Notes: generated by a model not told the origin, from the sequence alone. A stretch of DNA of 58,225 nucleotides from Actinomycetota bacterium (GCA_019348355.1 JAHWJP010000004.1:1-58225); one strand, 5' to 3'. Shown: positions 26,673 through 36,987, counted from the first letter of the stretch. A program made the numbers and translations.

Positions 26673-27260
26673 TCAGCGGCTGCGCAACGCGAGCACGCCG
26701 GGCGGCGGCAGCCCGGCCGTCGCGCACAGCAGATCGGTCCACGCCAGCAGGTGCGCCCGAAGGTCGAGCCCACCGTCGGCTTCCGGCAGGGGCGTCCAGG
26801 ACGCGCGCACCTCCACCTCGCTGGCCTCGTCGGCGTCCTCGATCTGGCCGAAGCGGCAGGAGACGGTACGGGTGACGGTGCCTCCTGCGGCGGTGTGACC
26901 GGCGCCCCGGCCCTGCAGCGACTCGGTGAGCCAGCTCCAGCCCACCCGCGCCAACGCCGGGTCGGCGGCCATCTCGGCCTCGACGTCGGCCGAGACGAAG
27001 GCGACGACTCTGGTGTCGCCGCGCCAGCCGTCCTGGCCGGCCGGGTCGTGCAGCACGACGAACCGGCCGCTCGCGACCGGCTCGTCGTCGCGGCAGATCT
27101 CGGCGGAGACCGCGAAGGCGTGTGGTGCGAGGCGTTTCGGGGCCGGGACCTCCTGCAGATCCAGGCCCGGCCGGTCGGGACGGGCGATCGCGCCACGCAA
27201 CCCGACGAGGGCGGCGCGAAACGGCTCCGGCACCCCCGATGGCTCCAGCGACACGGTCAC
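26673..27260 (-). CDS. DUF3000 family protein
   Basis: PAPKRLAPHA, GRFVVLHDPAGQDGW, VGWSWL, GGTVT, EVRASWTP, AGLPP; usual position near rnd/hemE. Confidence 0.9.
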   Translation of the reverse strand: MTVSLEPSGVPEPFRAALVGLRGAIARPDRPGLDLQEVPAPKRLAPHAFAVSAEICRDDEPVASGRFVVLHDPAGQDGWRGDTRVVAFVSADVEAEMAADPALARVGWSWLTESLQGRGAGHTAAGGTVTRTVSCRFGQIEDADEASEVEVRASWTPLPEADGGLDLRAHLLAWTDLLCATAGLPPPGVLALRSR

Positions 27261-27350
27261 GCTCGAAACGTACGTCGCCGCGCTCGCATTATCGGTCAGC
27301 CGGCACCGTGACGCGCCGGACCCTCGAGGCGACGCACATAGCGTGAGCGG

Positions 27351-28214
27351 GTGGCTGCCCTGTCCGCGCTGCTCGCGGCCCTGCTGTGGGGGACGGCCGA
27401 CTACCTGGGTGGCACCGCCGCCCGCCGGCTGCCGGTCATCAGCGTCCTCGGCGCCCAGCAGCTGATCGCCCTGCTCGGGCTCGTCCCCCTCGCAGCGGTG
27501 ATCGGCGCCTTCGACGAGCCGCAGGCGTACGTCCTGCCTGGAATCTTCGCCGGCCTGACCGGCATGGTCGCGCTGGGGGCGTTCTACCGTGCGCTCGCCA
27601 TCGGGACGATGGGGGTGGTGGCGCCGATCGCCGCGCTCGGCGTCGTCGTGCCGATCGCGCTTTCCCTGCTGGACGGCGAGCGTCCGGGGCCGGCGCAGCT
27701 CGTCGGCATGGCCGTCGCGGTGGTCGGGGTGGTGCTGGCGAGCGGGCCGGAGCTGTCCGGCCGGGGTCGCGGCGGGGCGGTGCCGCTCCTGCTCGCCGGT
27801 CTGGCGGCGCTCGGGTTCGGCGCCGTCCTCGTGCTGGTCGCCGAAGCAAGCGGAGGGGAGGACGGAAGCCTGGGTGCCATCGTGATGACCCTGCTGACGA
27901 TGCGCCTGGCCAGTGTCTGCGTGCTGACGGTGCTGCTTGTGGCCTTCGCGCCGACCCGGGGCGTAGAGATCGGGGTGCGGCGGGGGGACCTGCCGGTGCT
28001 GGTAGCGATCGGGGTCTTCGACGTCGGGGCGAACGGCGCGTACGCCCTCGCCTCACAGTCCGAGCTCGTCAGCGTCTCGGCCGTGCTGGCCTCGCTCTAC
28101 CCCGTCGCGACAGTGCTGCTGGCCCGGCGCTTCCAGGCCGAACTGCTGGGAGGTGTGCAGCTCGTGGGGGTGGTGCTCGCCCTGATCGGTGTCGTGTTGT
28201 TGGCCGGGAGCTGA
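27351..28214 (+). CDS. EamA/DMT family transporter
   Basis: About 10 TM, WGTADYLGG, GTMGVVAPI, LASLYP. Confidence 0.9.
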   Translation: MAALSALLAALLWGTADYLGGTAARRLPVISVLGAQQLIALLGLVPLAAVIGAFDEPQAYVLPGIFAGLTGMVALGAFYRALAIGTMGVVAPIAALGVVVPIALSLLDGERPGPAQLVGMAVAVVGVVLASGPELSGRGRGGAVPLLLAGLAALGFGAVLVLVAEASGGEDGSLGAIVMTLLTMRLASVCVLTVLLVAFAPTRGVEIGVRRGDLPVLVAIGVFDVGANGAYALASQSELVSVSAVLASLYPVATVLLARRFQAELLGGVQLVGVVLALIGVVLLAGS

Positions 28215-28257
28215 CGGCCTGTCAAGCGTGACGGGGCACCCGTCGATGAGGATCATC

Positions 28258-28926
28258 ATGACGATGAAGCGTTCGCCCCGAGCCGCCCTCTGTGCCGTCC
28301 TGTTGGTCGCCGTCGCCGTCGCCGTCGCCGGTTGCGGTGGGGCGGATGACGACCCGGTGCTGCGCCCTCCCGACCTGCAGACCTCCGCGACCACGTCGCC
28401 GTCGCCGTCGCCCTCCGGGTCGGCCTCAGCCGTGTCCACGGCGGCTGCGTCGGGCCAGCCTGAGCCGACAGCGCCGGCCGAGGCCTTCCCGGCCGACACC
28501 GCTGTCGACACCGAGGAGCCGACCGGCGGACCGCTCAGCGTCGTCGCGGTGCGGGTGGCGAGGCAGGAGGGCTATGACCGGGTCGTGTTCGAGCTCGACG
28601 GCAAGGTGGCCGGCGAGCCGGGCTGGCGGGTCGAGTACACCGACGACCCCGCGCAGCAGGGCTCGGGGGACCGCGTCGACGTGGGCGGCGACGCGACGCT
28701 CGCGATCGACATCACCGGCGTGGGCTTCCCGATGGACACCGGTGTCGAGGAGGAGACCGACGATCCGGCCCTTCCCGCCGGCCTGACGGTGATCGAGGAC
28801 GTCGTGCTCGGCGCCACCTTCGAGGGTCAGTACCAAGCCTTCGTCGGCACGGCGCGTAAGGCGCCGTTCCGGGTCTTCCGCCTGAGCAACCCGGCCCGGG
28901 TCGTGCTCGACGTGCGGCACAGCTGA
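28258..28926 (+). CDS. AMIN-like domain lipoprotein
   Basis: Lipobox VAGC, Ser/Pro linker, YDRVVFE, FEGQ, PFRVFRLSNPARVVLDV. Confidence 0.85.
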   Translation: MTMKRSPRAALCAVLLVAVAVAVAGCGGADDDPVLRPPDLQTSATTSPSPSPSGSASAVSTAAASGQPEPTAPAEAFPADTAVDTEEPTGGPLSVVAVRVARQEGYDRVVFELDGKVAGEPGWRVEYTDDPAQQGSGDRVDVGGDATLAIDITGVGFPMDTGVEEETDDPALPAGLTVIEDVVLGATFEGQYQAFVGTARKAPFRVFRLSNPARVVLDVRHS

Positions 28927-28972
28927 GACCGACCGCCACCTGCCAGCGGAACGAAACAGTAACCACTGAGGA

Positions 28973-29520
28973 TCAGGGCTGCGGCGCCCAGGAAAAGGAG
29001 TGGTTGACCAGGTAGTCCGCGCCCTCGCCGGGGTCCTGGCGCACCGACACCTCGGGCGTCAGGTCGCCGACAGAGCGCCCGGTCAGCACGCGACTGCTCG
29101 CGGCGCCCCTCGAGCGGGTGAACCACGTCTCGACGTCTGCCGGATCCAGGCCAGGGAACAGCTTCGGCGAGGCAACGCGTCGCGCATGGCGGTCGCGTCG
29201 CCCAGCCGCCGGTTCCACGACGATCAGCTCGACCGGGCCACCTCCCGCTCGCGCGAAGATGTTGACCGCGACGGCGGGCACGCGCAGCACTTGGCCTTCC
29301 GGGAGCGTGACCAGTCACGTCCAGGCTCTCGCCGACGCGCTCGAGGATGAGACTGTCGCGATCGCCGGCGATGCCCACCTCCTGCCGCGTGGGCGGTTCG
29401 CTCACATCGAGGCGCACGACGTCCTGCGCACGGTTCGTGGCGGACGCCGGAGGACCGGATCCGCGGTACGCGTTGCAGCCAGCCGCCAGGGCGGGGGCAC
29501 AATGCTGCGGCCAGCCGGCT
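28973..29520 (-). pseudogene. Probable frameshifted lipoprotein gene remnant
   Basis: Stitching frames gives [15 protein letters not shown]...VVRLDVSEPP...GESLDV/LVTLPEGQVLRVPAVAVNIF...YLVNHSFSW; lipobox LAAGC but no start codon in frame. Confidence 0.45.
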
Positions 29521-29711
29521 CAGGCGGCGGCGCACTCCACCACGACGACCTCGTCGGCCGTGAAGATGCCCACTACGATTGCGTGGCCGCACTCGACGCA
29601 CGCCAGGTCGAGGCAGTCCAGGCCGTGACCGTCCTCGCACGGGGGCACCTCGAACGCCCGCCCGTCCGCGCAGCCGGCACACCAACGCAGTTCGACCAGC
29701 ACCATCGACAT
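29520..29711 (-). CDS. 63-aa Cys/His-rich putative zinc-binding protein
   Basis: [14 protein letters not shown]...[23 protein letters not shown]; strong AAGGAGG RBS; hidden at the 3' end of track ORF 29520..30254. Confidence 0.8.
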   Translation of the reverse strand: MSMVLVELRWCAGCADGRAFEVPPCEDGHGLDCLDLACVECGHAIVVGIFTADEVVVVECAAA

Positions 29712-29743
29712 CCTTGCCACCTCCTTCACCTCGACTGGCCCTG

Positions 29744-29765
29744 ACCGTGCCACGAGGCTCCGACA
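29744..29765 (-). promoter_or_regulatory. PafBC/RecA-NDp-type promoter TGTCGG-N10-CACGGT
   Basis: Exact TGTCGG and N10 spacing; the -10 is CANNNT rather than TANNNT. Confidence 0.6.
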
Positions 29766-29811
29766 GAACCCGGAAGGCGCGCCGCGCGAACCGTGGGACG
29801 ATGGGCGGGCG

Positions 29812-30837
29812 ATGACCCCAGCCCCCGCCGAGTCGGCCTTCCTGTCGGCCTGCCGCCGCGAGCCGGTGCCGCACACTCCGGTCTGGTTCATGCGCCAGGC
29901 GGGGCGCGCCCTGCCGGAGTACCGCCGGCTGCGCGAGGGCAACCAGATGCTCGACGCCTGCGCCACACCTGACCTGGTCACCGAGATCACCCTGCAGCCG
30001 GTCCGGCGGTACGGCGTCGACGCGGCCATCTTCTTCTCCGACATCGTCGTGCCGCTCAAGGCGATCGGGGTCGACCTCGACATCGTCCCCGGCGTCGGAC
30101 CGGTCGTCGCCGCGCCGTTCCGGACCACGCGCGACCTCGACCGGCTGCGGGCGCTGACCCCCGACGACGTCCCGTACATCACCGAGGCGGTCTGCAACCT
30201 GGTCGCCGAACTCGGCCCGATTCCGCTGATCGGCTTCGCCGGAGCACCTTTCACCCTCGCCAGCTATCTCGTCGAGGGCGGCCCGAGCAAGAACCATGCG
30301 GCGACCAAGGCCCTGATGTACGGCGAGCCGGAGCTCTGGGCGGCGCTGCTCGACCGGCTCGCGACCATCACACTGTCGTTCCTGCGGGCGCAGATCGACG
30401 CGGGTGCGAGCGCGGTCCAGCTGTTCGACTCCTGGGTGGGCGCGGTGCCGGCCGCCGACTACCGGGCGCTCGTCCAACCGCACTCCGCCCGGGTGCTCGC
30501 AGCGGTGAGTGACGTGCCGCGCATCCACTTCGGCGTCGGGACCGGCGAGCTGCTGCACGACATGGGGCAGGCCGGCGCGGATGTCGTCGGTGTCGACTGG
30601 CGGGTCCCGCTGTCGCAGGCGGTGAGCCGCATCGGCCCCGGCAAGGCCGTACAGGGAAATCTCGACCCGACCCTGGTGTTCGCGCCCGACGACGTCCTCG
30701 CTCGCAAGGTCCGCGAGACGCTCGAGCAGGGCAAGGCTGCCGAGGGGCACATCTTCAACCTGGGCCACGGGGTCCTGCCCGAGACCGACCCGGATGCGCT
30801 GCTACGCGTCGTCGAGCTGGTGCACGCGGGCCTCTAG
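29812..30837 (+). CDS. hemE: Uroporphyrinogen decarboxylase
   Basis: [49 protein letters not shown]. Confidence 0.97.
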   Translation: MTPAPAESAFLSACRREPVPHTPVWFMRQAGRALPEYRRLREGNQMLDACATPDLVTEITLQPVRRYGVDAAIFFSDIVVPLKAIGVDLDIVPGVGPVVAAPFRTTRDLDRLRALTPDDVPYITEAVCNLVAELGPIPLIGFAGAPFTLASYLVEGGPSKNHAATKALMYGEPELWAALLDRLATITLSFLRAQIDAGASAVQLFDSWVGAVPAADYRALVQPHSARVLAAVSDVPRIHFGVGTGELLHDMGQAGADVVGVDWRVPLSQAVSRIGPGKAVQGNLDPTLVFAPDDVLARKVRETLEQGKAAEGHIFNLGHGVLPETDPDALLRVVELVHAGL

Positions 30838-32340
30838 GGTCCGCCCGCAGAACAGCGCCGAGGCGAGCAGCACGGCGGCCGCGCCGACCAGCGCCACCCG
30901 TACCGACGCGACGTAGGACGCCTCGGCCGCGCCGCGCAGCTGCAGCAGCACGTCCAGCGGCACCGCGCCGCCGGACAGCCGCAGCACCTCGCCCGGCGAC
31001 GCCCCCTCCAGCAACGCCTCGACCAGCGTCTCCGCGTTGCCCCCCGACACGCCGAGCCCGATCAGCCGCCGCAGCAGATCGTCGCTGAGCCGGGCGACGA
31101 CGAGCGCGCCGAGGCCGGCGATGGCCACGACCCCGCCGAGCTCGCGGGCCACGTTGACGGTCGCCGCCGCCAGTCCCGAGCGGCTCCGTGCGAGTGCGTC
31201 CAGTGAAGCGGCGACCACCGGTGCGGTGGTCAGGCCGATGCCGACGCCGCAGACGCCCAGCAGGGCGAGCAACTCCGCATCGGCCATCTGCCGGTCCAGC
31301 CGCAGGCCGGTCAGCCCGACGCCGAGCGCCGTCAGCAGCAGCCCGACGACGACCGGCAGCCGCGGGCCGCGCGCCGCGGCGAGCCGGCTCGCGATAGGCG
31401 CCGTCACCACCAGGCCCAGCGTGAGCGGGAGCAGTCGCAGCGCGGCGTCGAGTGCCTCCCGCTGCTGCACCAGCTGCAGGAACAGCGCGACGAACACCAG
31501 CAGGACGAAGACCGCGAGCGAGGCGGCGAACGCACCGACCGTCGCGCCCGCGAAGCTGCGCTCCCGCAGCAGCTCCAGCGGCAGGAGCGGGTCGGTCGTA
31601 CGCCGCTCGACCGCAGCGAACGCCACCAGCGCCACCGTCGCCAGGACCGACGCGACGACGACCGGGGTCCCGAGCCCGTCCCGGCCGGCGAGCACCACGG
31701 CGTACGTCGCTGCCGCCAGCCCGATCGCGACCAGCGCCTGACCGGGCAGGTCGAGCCGGCGGTCCGGCGAGGGTGGGGGACCGGCGGGGGCGAAGGCGAC
31801 GGCGAGGGCCACCAGCGCACACAGCGGCACGTTGACCCAGAAGATGGCCGGCCAGCCGGAGGCCGCGACGAGCAGCCCGCCGACAAGGGGGCCGGCGACC
31901 AGGGCCGAACCGCCGGTGGCCGCCCACAGCCCGACGGCCCGGGCCCGCGGTCCGGGCTCGGGATAGGCCGCGGCCAGCACCGCGAGCCCGCCCGGCAGCA
32001 CCAGCGCGGCGCCGATGCCCTGCACGGCCCGGGCGACGATCAGCGAGTTCGTGCTGTCGGCCAGCGCGCAGGCAGCAGAGGCGGCGGCAAAGACGGCGAG
32101 CCCGGCGAGGAACACCCGGCGCCGCCCGGCCACGTCAGCGAGGGTGCCGCCGGTGAGCAGCAGGGCGGCCAGCGCGACGGTGTAGGCGGTGACCACACCC
32201 TGCAGCTGCGCGACGCCCGCGCCGAGATCGGCCTGGACGTCGCGCAGCGCGACGGCGACGACGGTGTTGTCGAGGGTGGCGGTGAACGCCGCCAGCGAGG
32301 TGGCGACCAGGACCAGCGCGGGTCTGCCTGGCCGGTGCAT
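30802..32340 (-). CDS. DHA2-type 14-TM MFS efflux transporter
   Basis: [39 protein letters not shown]. Confidence 0.92.
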   Translation of the reverse strand: MHRPGRPALVLVATSLAAFTATLDNTVVAVALRDVQADLGAGVAQLQGVVTAYTVALAALLLTGGTLADVAGRRRVFLAGLAVFAAASAACALADSTNSLIVARAVQGIGAALVLPGGLAVLAAAYPEPGPRARAVGLWAATGGSALVAGPLVGGLLVAASGWPAIFWVNVPLCALVALAVAFAPAGPPPSPDRRLDLPGQALVAIGLAAATYAVVLAGRDGLGTPVVVASVLATVALVAFAAVERRTTDPLLPLELLRERSFAGATVGAFAASLAVFVLLVFVALFLQLVQQREALDAALRLLPLTLGLVVTAPIASRLAAARGPRLPVVVGLLLTALGVGLTGLRLDRQMADAELLALLGVCGVGIGLTTAPVVAASLDALARSRSGLAAATVNVARELGGVVAIAGLGALVVARLSDDLLRRLIGLGVSGGNAETLVEALLEGASPGEVLRLSGGAVPLDVLLQLRGAAEASYVASVRVALVGAAAVLLASALFCGRTLEARVHQLDDA

Positions 32341-32373
32341 GCTTTCGACCTTAGGGCGTACGGGGGCCGCGGC

Positions 32374-33315
32374 TCAGGTCGACGGGGCAGCGACGGGGGC
32401 GCGGCGGGACCGCGCCCGCCAGATCAGGTAGCCCGCAACGGCCAGGACGGGGGAGAAGGGCAGCAGGGCGCCTGCGGTGAGCCCGAGCCCGCGACCCAGA
32501 GCCACCACTGCCTCCCAGCCGGCGTGGAGCCCGTCGTTGAAGCCGAGCGGGCCGCGGGCGGCGGCGATCGGAGCGTCGGTTGCGGTCAGCCGCAGCGAGA
32601 TGGTGGCCAGGTCGACCTGTCCGGTCAGCGCGGTGAGGCGGGCCTCGAGCGACTCGAGATCGGCGATGCGCCTGGTCAGCTCGGCCTCGATCGCCACCAC
32701 CTCGCGCAGGTCTCCTGCTTCGGCCAGCAGCGCCCGGACCCGCTCGACGCTCGCCCGCTGGGTGGACAGGCGGCTGTCGAGGTCGATGACCTGCTCGGTG
32801 ACGTCGTCGTTGCCCAGCCGGCGGGTGCGCTCCTCGCCGAGACCGCTGAGGGCGGCGATGGTGGTGTCGAAGGCCTCGGGTGGCACGCGCAGGCGCAGCA
32901 CGGCAGACTCGCTCCGGTCGCTGTCGCCGCGCTCTTCGGCCTCCACGTTGCCGCCGGCGGCCCGCAGGATGCGGCCCGCCTCGTCGGCCGCCATCCGCAC
33001 GTTCTCGACGACGACGGCGAGCTCGCCGGTGCGGATGACGGAGGCCGCGGGGCCGACGCGGCCCGCGACGACGTCGGCGGCTGGCTTGCCGGTGTCGGGC
33101 GCGGTCGCCGCCTCGGGTCCCGCTTGGCCGGCTGTGGCTTCGCCAGGCGGGGCTCCGACGCCGGCGTAGGAGTCGCGGTCCTCGGCGGCGCCGCCCGGCA
33201 GCGGGGCCTGCTGCGACATGCCAGCAGCGTCGGACGAGGCGCCGTTGCCGCCGCCGCAGCCGGCCAGCAGGACCGTCGAGACGGCGAGAGCGAGAAGGGC
33301 GGGGGAGCGGCGCAC
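32374..33315 (-). CDS. DUF4349 domain lipoprotein
   Basis: Lipobox LAGC, VIRTGEL, LRVP, DVTEQVIDL, coiled coil, C-terminal TM. Confidence 0.88.
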   Translation of the reverse strand: MRRSPALLALAVSTVLLAGCGGGNGASSDAAGMSQQAPLPGGAAEDRDSYAGVGAPPGEATAGQAGPEAATAPDTGKPAADVVAGRVGPAASVIRTGELAVVVENVRMAADEAGRILRAAGGNVEAEERGDSDRSESAVLRLRVPPEAFDTTIAALSGLGEERTRRLGNDDVTEQVIDLDSRLSTQRASVERVRALLAEAGDLREVVAIEAELTRRIADLESLEARLTALTGQVDLATISLRLTATDAPIAAARGPLGFNDGLHAGWEAVVALGRGLGLTAGALLPFSPVLAVAGYLIWRARSRRAPVAAPST

Positions 33316-33433
33316 GGGGGCCTCCAGGGTTGGGTGGACTGGCCCTACGATGCGCGCGCCAGGTCACAGGTTCCCCCGACCGACATCTCACTCCGGTCAC
33401 GGTTCGCCGCCGATCTGACCGTCCCCCCACCTG

Positions 33434-33553
33434 GCCGCGGCGGTTGCTCCCCGCCGGGCGGGGCGACTGCGGTTGGGGAGCGAAGTCCGCGGGCAGCCGC
33501 GGCGGCTGCTCCCCGCCCGGCCGGGCAGCTCCGGGTGGGGAGCGAAGTCCGCG
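33434..33553. repeat. Two tandem 62-bp-period palindromic (REP-like) units
   Basis: GCCGCGGCGG(T/C)TGCTCCCCGCC...TGGGGAGCGAAGTCCGCG at 33434-33491 and 33496-33553. Confidence 0.8.
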
Positions 33554-33569
33554 CCCTACGCTGCCCGGC

Positions 33570-34937
33570 GTGCGGGTCGTCGTCGTCGGTGGGGGCATCG
33601 CCGGGCTGGCCGCCGCGCTGGAGGCGCGCACGCTGCGGCCGGACGCCGAGGTCGTCGTGCTCGAGGCAGCGGCCCGACTCGGTGGCAAGGTGGCGGTCAG
33701 CGAGGTCGGCGGGCTCGCCGTCGACGAGGGCGCCGACTCGATGCTCACCCGCCTGCCGGACGGCCCGGCGCTGGCCCGGGCCGCCGGACTCGAGCAAGAC
33801 CTGGTCGCGCCGGCCACCGGGCAGGCCGGCATCTGGAGTCGCGGCCGGATGCACGACCTGCCGGCCGGGACACTGCTCGGGCTGCCGACCGACCTGGCCG
33901 CGCTGGCCCGCAGCGAGCTGCTGTCCGCAGCCGGCCTGTGGCGCGTCCCGCTGGACCTGCTCCTGCCCGGGGCCCCGGTCCACCACGACGTCAGCGTCGG
34001 GGACCTCGTCGCGCGCCGGTTCGGCCGCGAGGTGGTCGACCGCCTCGTCGACCCCCTGCTCGGCGGCGTCTACGCCGGACGCGCCGACCTGCTGTCGCTG
34101 CGCGCGACACTGCCGCAGTTCGTCGCGCCCGCCGCCCGTCACCGCAGCCTCCTGCTGGCAGCGCGCGAGGCCCGGGCCAAGGCACCGCCCACCGACGGGC
34201 CGCTGTTCGCCTCCCTGTCAGGTGGTCTCGGTCGCCTACCCGCGGCAGTCGCCCTCGCCGCCGGGGCCGATGTGCGGCTCCGCACCACCGTGCGCGAGCT
34301 GGTCCGCACTCCGACCGGCTGGCGCCTCACCACCGGCTCAGCCGCCGCACCGGCCTCGCTCGATGCCGACGCCGTCGTCCTCGCCGTGCCCGCCGCGCCC
34401 GCGGCCCGGCTGCTGACCGGCCTGATCGCGACCGAGGACCTCGCGGCGCTCGACTACGCCAGTGTCGCGATCGTCACGCTGGTCCTCGAGGGCCCGACAC
34501 CCGGTCGCGGCAGCGGCTACCTCGTGCCGGCCGTCGACGGCCACGTGACAAAGGCGGTCACCTTCTCCTCGCGCAAGTGGGCGCACCTCGGCGGCGCCCA
34601 CGCGGTGCTGCGGGCCAGTGTGGGCCGCTTCGGCGAGAACGCCGAGCTCCAGCGGGACGACGCGGAGCTGGTGACGATCGTGCACCGTGAGCTGCACCAG
34701 GCCGTGGGTCCGGTGCCCCGCCTGGTCGACAGCCGGGTCACCCGGTGGGGTGGCGGGTTACCGCAGTACGCCGTGGGACATCTGGACCGCGTACGCCGCA
34801 CCCGCGAAGCCGTGGCGCGGCACCCGGCGCTGGCCGTCGCCGGCGCGGCGTACGACGGGGTGGGTGTTCCGGCCTGCGCCCGCAGCGGGCGGGAGGCAGC
34901 GCGCACCGCGCTCGGGCATCATGGGGGTCATGCCTGA
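33570..34937 (+). CDS. hemG: Protoporphyrinogen/coproporphyrinogen III oxidase (HemY/CgoX type)
   Basis: VVVVGGGIAGL, DEGADS, LLGGVYAG, LPQYAVGH, GVGVPAC; TACGCT 7 nt before GTG. Confidence 0.93.
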   Translation: MRVVVVGGGIAGLAAALEARTLRPDAEVVVLEAAARLGGKVAVSEVGGLAVDEGADSMLTRLPDGPALARAAGLEQDLVAPATGQAGIWSRGRMHDLPAGTLLGLPTDLAALARSELLSAAGLWRVPLDLLLPGAPVHHDVSVGDLVARRFGREVVDRLVDPLLGGVYAGRADLLSLRATLPQFVAPAARHRSLLLAAREARAKAPPTDGPLFASLSGGLGRLPAAVALAAGADVRLRTTVRELVRTPTGWRLTTGSAAAPASLDADAVVLAVPAAPAARLLTGLIATEDLAALDYASVAIVTLVLEGPTPGRGSGYLVPAVDGHVTKAVTFSSRKWAHLGGAHAVLRASVGRFGENAELQRDDAELVTIVHRELHQAVGPVPRLVDSRVTRWGGGLPQYAVGHLDRVRRTREAVARHPALAVAGAAYDGVGVPACARSGREAARTALGHHGGHA

Positions 34938-35634
34938 CCGCTCGGAGACCACCAAGGCGCGGGAGCTCAACGACCAGCTCCTCTACACGATGTACGCCGT
35001 CTTCACGGCGACCACGCCGCTGCCGGAGGGCTCGCGACAGTCACTGGCGGACGAGACCCAGCAGTTCCTCGACGCGGCGCTGCAGAAGGACGTCTACACC
35101 CGCGGCACCTATGACGTCGCCGGCTTCAAGTCCGATGCCGAGCTGCTGATCTGGTGGACCTGCCCGGACGTCGACGTCCTGCAGGACACCTACAACCGCT
35201 TCCGGCAGACCAGCCTCGGGCGCCACCTGTCGCCGGTGTGGTCGAGCATCGGCATCCACCGGCCGGCGGAGTTCAACCGCAACCACATCCCGGCCTACGT
35301 CCGCCGCGAGGACCCGCGCAAGTACGTCTGCGTCTACCCGTTCAACCGCTCGCTCGAGTGGTACCTGCTGCCCGACTACGAGCGCAAGGGCATGCTCTCC
35401 GAGCACGGGATCATGGGCAGGGAGTACGAAGACGTGCGTGCCAACACCGTCGCGGCCTTCGGGCTGGGCGACTACGAGTGGCTGCTCGCGTTCGAGGCGG
35501 ACCAGATGCACCGCATCACCGACTGCCTGCGGGCGCTGCGCAGCTCGCGGGCCCGGCTGCACACCAAGCTGGAGACGCCGTTCTACTCCGGCATCCGCAA
35601 GACCGTCGCGGACGTCGTGGCGGGGCTGCCCTAG
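34930..35634 (+). CDS. hemQ: Coproheme decarboxylase (ChdC)
   Basis: HRPAEFNRNHIP, CVYPFNRSLEWYLL, EHG, VRANT, LGDYEW. Confidence 0.95.
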   Translation: MPDRSETTKARELNDQLLYTMYAVFTATTPLPEGSRQSLADETQQFLDAALQKDVYTRGTYDVAGFKSDAELLIWWTCPDVDVLQDTYNRFRQTSLGRHLSPVWSSIGIHRPAEFNRNHIPAYVRREDPRKYVCVYPFNRSLEWYLLPDYERKGMLSEHGIMGREYEDVRANTVAAFGLGDYEWLLAFEADQMHRITDCLRALRSSRARLHTKLETPFYSGIRKTVADVVAGLP

Positions 35635-35637
35635 CGC

Positions 35638-36084
35638 TCAGCCCGACCAGCAGTCGAGCAGAGCGCCCTCGCCCGGTTCGGGCAGGGCGGCCGGATCGGT
35701 GGCCAGCTCGAACCACACGACCTTGGCCCACGGCCGGACGTCCGCGCTCGTCCCCCAGCTCGTGGCCAGCACGTCGATCAGCGCCAGGCCCCGTCCGGTG
35801 CCGGCCTCGGGGCCGTACCGCCGCCGGCTGAGGCCAGCCGTCGAGCAGTCGAAGACGCTGATGCGGACGTTCTCGCCCCGCCGCTCGGCCTCCACGAGAA
35901 AGCTGGTCCCGGCATGCAGGACGACGTTGGCGGCCAGCTCGCTGACCAGCAATGTGGCGGTGTCCGACAGGTGCTGCAACTGCCAGCCGTCGAGCGCTCC
36001 TTGCACCAGGCGCCGGGCGGCGACTGCGCTGGTCGGCTCGGCGGAAAGCTCGACGCGCACGCGTCGCCCGCCGGCGATGAGCAT
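35638..36084 (-). CDS. HATPase_c-like ATP-binding protein (anti-sigma RsbW-like)
   Basis: SELAANVVLHA, GRGLALI, WG, KVVWFEL. Confidence 0.88.
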   Translation of the reverse strand: MLIAGGRRVRVELSAEPTSAVAARRLVQGALDGWQLQHLSDTATLLVSELAANVVLHAGTSFLVEAERRGENVRISVFDCSTAGLSRRRYGPEAGTGRGLALIDVLATSWGTSADVRPWAKVVWFELATDPAALPEPGEGALLDCWSG

Positions 36085-36162
36085 ACGACCCACTCTCCGA
36101 GATCCCGGGAGAGGGACTCGCCTACCAGTCTGCCCGCTGGAGCGGGGCTCATGCGCGACCGG

Positions 36163-36987
36163 TCAGGCCGCGCCCGGCTGGTGCGGGACACGCAGCCGCT
36201 CACCTCTTAGCCGCAGGCCGTCCCAGTTGCCGAACTCGCTCTCCGGAAGCCACTCGTTGGCCCAGAACCGGTCACCGTAGCGCTGGCGCATGCGCTCCGC
36301 CCAGTCGCTGTCGAGCAGGCCCGCAGCCTCCTCCGGCGACCGCCAGACGCTCAGCAGATAGCAGGAGCCGCCGCTGCCGAGGCCCACGACGCTGCGCAGC
36401 AGCGCCGGGTCGGCGAACATCTGGCGCCGCTGACGGGCCAGGCGCAGCAATGCGAGAGGCGCCTGCAGGCGGTTGGTCTGGACGCTCAGCACCGCGCCAC
36501 CGACTCCCTGGATCATCTCGCGGTTGCGCCGGGCCTCCGGCGAGGCGTCGAAGCTGATCCGGCCGTCGGGGCCGACCGAGTCGGTCAGCGGCGGCACCAG
36601 GTGCGCGGCCGCCGGCCAGGCGAACTGGTCCTTCACCGGAGGCTTCACGGGAGTCGCGTGCGGGGCGAGGGTGGTGCCGGCCCAGGTACCGGTCTCCCGC
36701 TCGGTCGGTCGCCAGCGGACCAGCCACAGCGAGCTCAGCAGCTTGTCGAAGTCCCACATGATGTCGCCGTGGGCGTCGGAGCGCATGAACTCCTGCATGG
36801 AGTGGCGACTGTTCCAGGCGGTGATCGTCCAGAACTCGGTCGGGCTGGAGACGACGCTGGCCCACCGGACCAGGCCCTCGGTCTTCGCCAGCTGCCGGCG
36901 GACCCGCCGGGTCATGACGAACATGAGCGGGAAGTGTCTGGCGCTGTGCAGTCGCGAGCGCGTCGTCACGATCAACAGGTCGGTCAC
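36163..36987 (-). CDS. Protein with two tandem DUF3291/ABM-like ferredoxin-fold domains
   Basis: FWTITAW...MQEFMRSDAH in repeat 1; YLLSVW...LLDSDW in repeat 2; both end WxP..E.G.WxG. Confidence 0.7.
   Translation of the reverse strand: MTDLLIVTTRSRLHSARHFPLMFVMTRRVRRQLAKTEGLVRWASVVSSPTEFWTITAWNSRHSMQEFMRSDAHGDIMWDFDKLLSSLWLVRWRPTERETGTWAGTTLAPHATPVKPPVKDQFAWPAAAHLVPPLTDSVGPDGRISFDASPEARRNREMIQGVGGAVLSVQTNRLQAPLALLRLARQRRQMFADPALLRSVVGLGSGGSCYLLSVWRSPEEAAGLLDSDWAERMRQRYGDRFWANEWLPESEFGNWDGLRLRGERLRVPHQPGAA

Noticed and set aside
33434-33553. Possible mini CRISPR array
   Set aside because: Only two units, the variable part lies inside the palindrome and is related between units, and there are no cas genes.
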